Shown here piece by piece: positions 55,639-64,000 of a stretch of 64,000 nt of DNA. The translations under genes and the position numbers were made by a program. How positions within the stretch are numbered: the stretch's first letter is position 1; each line of letters begins with the position of its first letter. The notes beneath the pieces are model-generated. The model was not told where the DNA came from. It ran no database searches and worked only from the letters and a program-made list of their open reading frames with translations. The stretch is from Trichosphaerium sp. ATCC 40318 (lineage: Eukaryota > Protista > Tubulinea). The DNA lies in NCBI GenBank assembly GCA_038496445.1, contig JALMLS010000548.1:186001-250000 (forward strand). Direction: 5' to 3'.

Positions 55639-56900
55639 CTAGGTTGTTGAGCCAAAGATACAAAATGCTTTTGTCCGAAGCTCCCTACAAATATTTTTAG
55701 AATATCACGTGAATGAGAAATGCGTGACAACATACAATTGTTTTGAACAGCGCTGATTTCTTCCATGAAACAAGGACCAATCCCAGTCAACTTCAGGGTA
55801 CACATCTTTGAGAATTGTGGGCCAGTACCTCAAGAGTCCTGAACCCCCAATATCACGTATTTGGCTTTTAGAGATCCAATGCCTTTAAAGGGTAAGTAAG
55901 CTCCAAATTGAAACTAATATAATCAGTGTACCAGTCCACAACCTAGAGTTACATATTAGCAATTACATGTTGATAATTATGGATATTGGGGTACGCACGT
56001 GTGTAATATTGTACATTTCTTCAGCTTTGAGAAAAAAATTCTTGACGTTTTTAAGATTCTGCCACCATCCCATTTCCACTGGTGCGTCACTCATAAACTT
56101 CCTTGAGGTAAAAAAACGTGTCATTATTTGATGAGGTTTCCAATTTCAGCTCTTTGCAAAATACACATACTTGAATACAAAGCGCTCTTCAATCCATTGA
56201 TGCTCCGGGTAACACTCCATAACACCGCGCCTCAGAGAGCCTCCTGTCCTATATAAATACATTAATGAAGCTACGCCAATGATGCACCATTAGAGAAAGA
56301 CTGTACGTCGTAACCAGCATACCACCAGCACCATTTTTAAACCTAAAAGATGTCAGGTTTTTACAGGGAAAACACAACACATTATACTTGAAACTCACGC
56401 TTCAGTTTTGGTAACACGATACCAATCGTCGTATATCTTGACACCCAATTCTTTACCTACAGTATCCATTTTCTTTCTACGCAGTGTGTCATCTTTCCAT
56501 ATACCTGGGTGTCCACGCCTAGTCGATTTCTTAACATTACTTTTTTTAGTAAATCAATTTCGCCATACGTAAAACTCCAAGGCTCCCAAAGGTGCTCTGG
56601 GTACATTTTTTCAAGAACCTGGGATGATGATCCATACCTGACAATCTTGTAAGCATTCACAATGCTATAATTGGGGCGTTACCGAGCTATTAGAGGTGAT
56701 CTTCCAAAACGAACCCATGCATCTTGCGGCACTTTGTACCAATCATCAAGCAGCTTTACGCCAAGCTTTTGGCCCAACTTGTCGGTGAGGTTTTTGTCTG
56801 CATTAGAGGGTGGTAGTTTTTTGGAACGTTTTGCTCTCATCCTGGATGTTGTCATTGCATTTTTTGACACCTTTCGCTTGGGTTGAAATGTCACTCTCAT
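55639..56900 (-). CDS. Trp-rich ~70-aa repeat protein, same family as the 13736 gene
   Basis: LGVKLLDDWYKV, YPEHLWEPWSF, LGVKIYDDWYRVT, YPEHQWIE, YPEVDWDWSLF. Confidence 0.8.
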
Positions 56901-57274
56901 TTTTGACCAACGATTGGGCTGAAATGACCACTGACTATACGCTTACGCGATAGATGTCGTCCGTATACGCGTTTTGCTGTTTTTGTTTTATTTGGTGTTG
57001 ATAGTTGTTAAATGTCCTCACATAGGCGTGTAAGCTGGCTTCGGAGCCTTTGGTAGTGTTAAAACGATAATACGTTATAGCAACATCGGTGATCTAATTC
57101 TAGAAACGAGACTGACATATTGTGTACCTCGTAGCCTGTTACAACGTGTTTAGATGTGAACCGAATCTATACACGCAGAAATCATACGACTTTTTTTTAC
57201 GCTGACAGCAGCGAGTTCACTAACGCTCTGAACTGGTAACCAGTCATAATTAAATAATACAACTCTTTATCTAG

Positions 57275-57988
57275 ATGGCACGAGCATTTCGGTTGTACAG
57301 GGACCTGCGACGCTCTGGAAAGAAATGGCCAGCACCAGGTAATACATTACAACGAGTTATTACATCTTAGAACATATTCTACTCTAAACAGCTGCTTACT
57401 ACGCTACACATTATACCACAACGCAAACTAAAAGTCCAAGAGCGTAATTTCATTCTAAAACGCCCTTTGAGTTTGTTTTGGTTTTTTTTGGTTGTCATTT
57501 CTTTCTGTGGCTGACACTAACTCATAGATGAAAGTCGTATTGAAAGATCGCTCAACCATCACTTCCCAACTATTGTAAAGAAACACTGGACACATGCTAA
57601 ATCACAAGCAAAGAGTGTTCATGACGTTGATAAGATGCTTGATTATGGTGACGGCGAGTTGAAGCACTTACGTGACTTGGCATCAAACAAATATTACAAA
57701 AAGGTACGCACGTTGTTCATTAAGGGTGACTGATATAAGAACAACCACCTAACACCATTTACATTCTCCAATGCATAGCAGCAAGCTCATATTATTTGTT
57801 AGTGTCCACCAAAGGGTATTCATTTCCATTCTAATTTGGACACGTTAATCAAAGACCTCGCTGATTCTCAGCAATTAAAGAGGCGAAAGCAAGGTGCAGG
57901 AATAGTAGGTAGAATTTTGACAGCAATGTTTCCACCACCACCTAAAATGGAAGAAGACCCGGATGATAAACAAAATGTAACTAAATAG
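57275..57988 (+). CDS. UQCC2: Complex III assembly factor UQCC2/Cbp6-like (LYR-like motif)
   Basis: MARAFRLYRDLRRSGKKWPAPDESRIERSL...LRDLASNKYYKK resembles human [22 protein letters not shown]...LARLHSNYYKHKY. Confidence 0.65.
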
Positions 57989-58297
57989 ATAGCACAAAAA
58001 ATTTGAACAACAAAACAGCTTTGTTTTTACATTTTCTTTTTTCGGTGGCGTGTACTATCGTGGGTAGTGGGATTGCATACTAACTAATAACAACACTATA
58101 CGAGAGGAGTGACAAGTGTTTGGTTGATTGAGGTTAGCCAACTTTTCAATGAAACCTCGAAAAAAGTACTTTTTTCTTCAAAAATTGTTGCTGGTTACAA
58201 CGAAATTGGACAAAACTTGCTCTTGGGAACTTCTGCTTGTTGATGGAAGTACTCAGTTATATACTCATAATATAGTACCTAACTATAGCACTGCATC

Positions 58298-58889
58298 ATG
58301 AGCGTTCTACAAGTACAAACTAAAATGGATGACAACTGTCTTGAAGAATTTGATAAGTGAGTAAGAACTATGCAACGATCATTTACCAATTAACGTTACA
58401 GATTTAAGATGGGCAAAGGGCACCGCTACATAGTATATAAACTTACAGATGAATACAGTCGCATTCAAATTGAGAACACAGGTAGTGAAGGAGACACATG
58501 GCAGAAAATGGTTGAGGATCTGCCAGAGGACGAGCCAAGATATTGCGTTTTTCCTTTCACGTACGACCTTGGGCTTGATGGTAAACGAACCAAAACAGTG
58601 TTCCTCTTCTGGTAGGGCAACAAACAATAGAAAATGACTCCACACTAACAATGGCTTTTTACAGGTGCCCAATGAAGTCAGGTGTTAAACGCAGAATGCT
58701 ATACACATGTACCAAAGCATACCTGAAATCTGTATTGCATGTACGTTTTTCATGGCAACGTGACTTGTGTAGTACCTCCAACGATACTAACAGTTATCTT
58801 AGGGTATAGCCCTTCGTATGGAGACTGGAAATAAGTCAAATTTGACTGAGCAAGCCCTCTTAGAAGAATGTAAGCAAAAGTACAGATGA
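58298..58889 (+). CDS. ADF/cofilin family actin-depolymerising factor
   Basis: HRYIVYKL, LPEDEPRY, KTVFLFWCP...VKRRMLY. Confidence 0.92.
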
Positions 58890-59574
58890 GTACGGATTGC
58901 GAATTACTGTACATAAAACACAAAGCCCTGTTTCTTTTTATCTCTTGTGTATTTTGTGTTTCGTTTTACAGGTATTTCTGCCTAACAAACGGCGAACATT
59001 CGGCGAAAGCGTTACAACGTACTGATATTTTTAACATTTATGTGAAGATACCGTGGTTACACAGAGGTTGTACAACTATTTACGTGGATATTCGGGCGTT
59101 GACAACGCCACCATAGCGTTATTTTTATGTCACATTTTCCAGAAAAATAACGAAAACCGATTGAGCGAATGTGGCTGTTCAAAGTGTAGAAGCAGTTGTA
59201 TCCTCAATTAAGCTAAATGTAGTAAACGCCTCGGGCTGTTTGATTTTTTTTTCGGGAAGACCAAATCAACTGGGAAACCGCACGTTAACACCACCGAGTT
59301 CAGTTCACATGGCTCCACGAGAAAAAAGGAAATGAACAAAAACAGCAAGTTCAAGAAAATAGAAAAACAGCGAGAGTCCGCGGAAACTACATAGTGATGA
59401 AACATAAAAGGCACCAAGCAAAAAGACATGAGGCAGTTACGTAATTTGGGTGGACACATTTATCAATTTTATTACAGTATTGTCCTATAATTAGTTGAAA
59501 TTTCAAAGAGAGACTTGAATAAAGTTTATACGTGACTTAGTCATAACTATTTAAACAAAAAGAGACAAACAGCA

Positions 59575-60833
59575 ATGCCTAGAGATTACAAAATCGTCGT
59601 ACTCGGATCTGGTGGTGTAGGTGCGTACTATGAAACCAAATGCAGACCCTGATAAAGACAACATAAAGTTCTTCGTGTGTTGCCTCCTTTTTTTACTGCG
59701 GTGTTTCTCCAATTAGCTTACGTTCTACTCCTAGGTAAATCTGCCATTACTGTCCAGTTCGTGCAAGGTATTTTCGTCGAGAAGGTAAACAAAAGTTTGT
59801 ATTATAATACGCTATATTCCACCACATCGGAAAAACGAACCTTGTGGGCCAGTTCAATGAGCTATTGCTCGTTTTAAAGCACCGCTGAAAAAATCTGAGC
59901 GATCTACGGTTCTTAACCGGCAACTAGCTCGATTTTTATGCGGACGCACTCACCATTGGTGTAATGCAAGCGCTGGCCTTTCAACTCTGTATTTGCGCGC
60001 ATTACAATAGTTTTTTGGTCAAAAATGCATTTACTACCAAAAAAGGTTTAGCGCAGGCTTGGTTTTTTTTTCCATATTTTTAAATCTATGTAATGTAGAA
60101 TGCACACGCTGACGTTTTTTTATAGTACGATCCAACAATTGAAGATTCATACCGTAAACTCGTAGAAGTAGACAATGAACAATACATGCTCGAGATTCTT
60201 GATACTGCGGGAACTGTACGACAAAAACGCAAAAAAAAAAAAAACCAAAAAAAAAATTCCTTTTTTTTGTTTTAAACTCCTCTCTGAAAATAGCAAAAGA
60301 TCTGACCTTGTTATTAGGAACAATTTACCGCTATGAGAGATTTGTACATGAAGAACGGACAAGGTTTCGTCCTCGTTTACAGTATCATCGCTCAATCTAC
60401 CTTCAACGACTTGCCTGAATTGAGAGAACAAATTCTTCGTGTAAAAGATACCGAAAACGTATGTAGCAAGACCCGATCTACTCCGTAGATAACCCCGTTT
60501 ATAAGTTTTGTCGAAAACGACAAGTAGCGTTTTTTTTTTCTTTCTTTAATTCTCTCCCCTTTCGCGTGCTTTGGTTTATTAACTTCTTATTAGGTACCAA
60601 TGGTACTTGTCGGTAACAAATGCGATTTGCAAGATCAACGTGTCATCACCTCAGAACAAGGTGAAGCTTTGGCCAGAAAATTCTCCTCTACCTTCCTTGA
60701 GGCTTCAGCCAAGACAAAGGTCAACGTAGAACAAATTTTCTACGATTTGATCCGTCAAATCAACAAAATGATCCCACAAACTGATGGAAAGAAGGTCGGT
60801 AAAAGGCGTAGAGGTGGTTGTGCCCTTCTTTAA
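59575..60833 (+). CDS. RAP1: Ras-related GTPase Rap1
   Basis: [25 protein letters not shown] (Rap-specific T61), NKCD, SAK, CAAX box CALL. Confidence 0.97.
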
Positions 60834-61197
60834 ATTTAAAGAAGCGCTTTGCCATGATTTGTACAATGTGTTCTAATTATTAAATAAAAGTTCAAAAAAA
60901 AGAAGAAAAAAAAGGGGTTTCCTTGTATTTGAGCTTAGTGTGTGCGCGTTGACTTTGATCAAGTCCCAAAAAAAAAGGTTTTTGTGTTTTGTGCAAAATA
61001 AGATGCGTTGTGGTGATAAGAAATTCGAGTAAGAAATGTACATTGGTTTTTTTTAATTGGACCGTATCTCCTGAAATTTAAGTCCAAAACAGGATGTGAA
61101 AATATATATTTGATAAAAAAACCAAAAAGGTCCATTAATTTACCCGCTACAGCGCTTAATTATCATAAATAGTACAGCCCCTCAGCATACAAGCACT

Positions 61198-64000
61198 ATG
61201 GTTTACATAATTAACGGCAAAGTAATGCCAGGGAAGCCTACTGAGCCTAGTATGTCACTTGTTTGCTTATAGAACTCACAATCCATCTAGAACAGTTCAA
61301 CGATAACAAAACCACATTCAGTGGCGCGATTGGGCCAAAACCAGGCAATTTGCCGGCAGTACTTGATCGTTATGCGCTTTGTGTGGCCTATGCATGTCCT
61401 TTCGCCAGTAGAGTGCTCGCTACTATGAAACTAAAAAAGCTTGACGTACGTTTGCTAAAATGCGCTCGTACGCCTATTTCCCCTTCCTCATACATTTACC
61501 TAGCATGTATTTGACGTATGGTACATGAAACCGAACAAGAACAATGACGTTGGTTGGGAGTTTGCAGAGGAGACCAACGGATTTAATTTCTTACATCAAG
61601 TATACACCGCATCTGATAGCGCATGTACAACAAAAGTTAGCGTCCCTGTGCTTTGGGTACGAAACGGTTTTCTGGTTTTTTTTTTTTTCGTAAAGCAACG
61701 TAGCGGTTTGCGAACGCAATAGTTACTTCAGCCTCATCGTGTGACGGAAATACTGACACATGTGGAAGGATAAAAAAACTCAAAAAATAGTTAACAATGA
61801 GAGCGCTGAGATTTCTCGTATGCTTAACAACGAGTTTAACGCATTTACAGATGCTACGATAGATCTATACCCTAAAGTAAGTAGAAATTTGGGTGTTTTT
61901 ATTGTAACTTTCTTTTGTACTTATACTTGGTGCCAAAGGATCTGGCTACATCCATTGACGAGCTTAACAGTGAGATAGGGAACCACGTCAACAACGGAGG
62001 TACCATCCATAAAACACTCGTATATACTAACACTCAACCTCCTTTATAGTTTACAAAGTAGTACTGTCACCTACGCAAGACATCTACGAGGTATGCACCA
62101 ACGTCATTTTGCAGACACCTTTTGCTATTTTGAGCCTTACACTAATTTTGGCAAAAAAAAGACTCATTGTAAAGCTGTGTTCAAATGTTTGGATGGTCTC
62201 GAAGAGCGCTTGTCCAAGCAACGATACCTGGTCAGTAACACCCATGTTACAGAATCTGATGTACGATTTTATCTATTACAATATCCTGTGAATGACAGTA
62301 CCCCTTAGATTCGCCTATTTGTTTCACTAGTGAGATTTGATGCCGCATACTATCCTATTTTCAAATGTAACATAAAGAGAATCAGCGATTACCCAAATCT
62401 CTCCAACTTTGTTAGGGACATTTACCAAGTACGTCCACACTGACTTTGTTCACGTAAGTATTCACACATTTCTTAAGATTCCAGGCATATCAGACACTGT
62501 AAACATAAGAGAAATTGTAATTGCTTACACGTGCGTAGTAATTAAGCGTGCTTGCGTACTGACTAACCCTTAGATGCTCTTTCGCTTCCAAACCACGCAT
62601 ACCTATCATTAATGATCCAAAGTTTGATTTTCCTCACGATCGCTTCAAATTTGCCAGTGCAAGTGTGAGTGAAGCACTGAAAACGAAAGGTCAAGAAGAT
62701 GACGCTAAGCAAACAGACAAAGCAAAAGGAGTGGTACAAACTTTGAATTTTGGCGTATGCACGCTTATGTAATTGTTTTAGTTTGTCCGTGGTACTAGCA
62801 AACATCGTGATGTTGTTACTGTAGATGGTTCTTCAGGGTTCAAAGCCGAAAAAGGCAAAGAAAAATGCTGACAAGCTTACTGTAGCTCACAAGGTTTTTT
62901 CGTTAGGTCGATACCACCTCTTGGTTGCAAATAACTGTCCTTGGTCCCACAGAACTATAATAGCACGAAAACTTAAAGGGCTAGAAGATGTTGTAACAAT
63001 GGATATACTTTACTGGAAACGTGATGCGGAACGGTAAACAGAACTACCAAAACCAATAATTATTGATTATTCTTCTCCTTCCTAGCGGTTGGCAGTACAA
63101 TCCAGAAGCTCCAGGCTGTACTAAGAATACCGTAAATGATTTTAAGTACATCACGGAATTCTATGAGAGCGTTGGTAAGTGCAAATTGTACAATAAACAT
63201 TGCACGCGTCTTTACAAGTTTGTAGGATCTAAAGAAAAATCTGTACCTGTACTTTGGGATAGAAAAACAAATACAATTGTTAACAACGAGAGTTCAGAAA
63301 TTATTCGTATCTTTAACTCTGGATTTGGAGATCTCGCTTCTTCAACATATGACTTGTATCCTTCTAACCTAGCGCCACTTGTACGGGTTAAGATTGTTTA
63401 TGCAGTTCTTGAACTAACACCATTCATAGATTGACTACCACAACGCATGGATTTATCCAGGTATGGAATTACTTTTTTTCGCGCTTGAAAACAATTTCAC
63501 TAAGACGGCTAACGTTCTTCCTCTAGAAATCAACAACGGCGCTTACAAGGCGGGTTTTGCAAGTGCTCAAGACGCATACGAAAAAGCATACAACATATTC
63601 TTTAGGGCACTTGACAAGCTCGAGTTAGTATTCGCCACGAACAAATACGTTTGTGGTGACAAAGTTACAGAAGCAGACGTCCGCTTGTTACCAACAATTT
63701 TCCGCTTTGACCACGTGTACGTACCCTTCATTCTTCCTTATACGTCACATAACGTTTACGATTTCGATTAGATACTACACACGCTTTAATCTCAACAAAG
63801 CTATGATTCGTGAGGGATATCTTCATACTTTCAGGTGGTTGAAAGAAATGTATGCGCTAAGTTTTGTTTTTTCACTGTTAATTATTTACGTGTTTGTAGG
63901 CTCGCTTTGCCTGGAGTTTTGGACGCATCCAATTTGGAACATTGCAAGAATGGTTACTTTGGGCGGACAGGAAATAACTTGATACCAGTTGGTCCCGATT
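61198..64000 (+). CDS. Tandem-fused glutathionyl-hydroquinone reductase (Xi/ECM4/YqjG-like GST), 3' end off window
   Basis: Two modules, RYAL...ACPFASR...SVPVLWDKK...NNES and RYHL...NCPWSHR...SVPVLWDRK...NNES, joined without a stop. Confidence 0.9.

Overview
AT-rich (roughly 35% GC by eye), very gene-dense and intron-rich eukaryotic nuclear DNA using the standard genetic code, probably from an amoebozoan protist (Dictyostelium-like Rap1 ending CALL, ankyrin-sirtuin architecture, short GT-AG introns with CTAAC/CTGAC branch points). About 27 protein genes can be spliced by eye. They include mitochondrial NNT, a PA-7TM-ubiquitin-like protein, a divergent OSCP, two Trp-rich repeat proteins, a GH140-like hydrolase, an ankyrin-sirtuin, PP2C, G-alpha, NMNAT, a caspase-family protease, F-box/LRR proteins, a zinc-finger factor, an RNA ligase-like protein, MED9, an AAC-like carrier, WDR91, HDAC, LIN54, UQCC2, cofilin, Rap1 and a tandem GST. 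The most striking feature is a death-effector-domain-like exon spliced in frame to a His/Cys caspase-family protease, a caspase-8-like architecture outside animals. Other notable items: two near-identical tRNA-Val genes (TAC and AAC) inside introns of the sirtuin gene; a Trl1-type ligase-kinase-phosphodiesterase with degenerate catalytic motifs; a SHOCT-ET-C2H2 transcription factor; one U12-type intron; and strong CACGTG enrichment. All gene models and family calls were made by eye with no database search, so some exon boundaries and starts are approximate.
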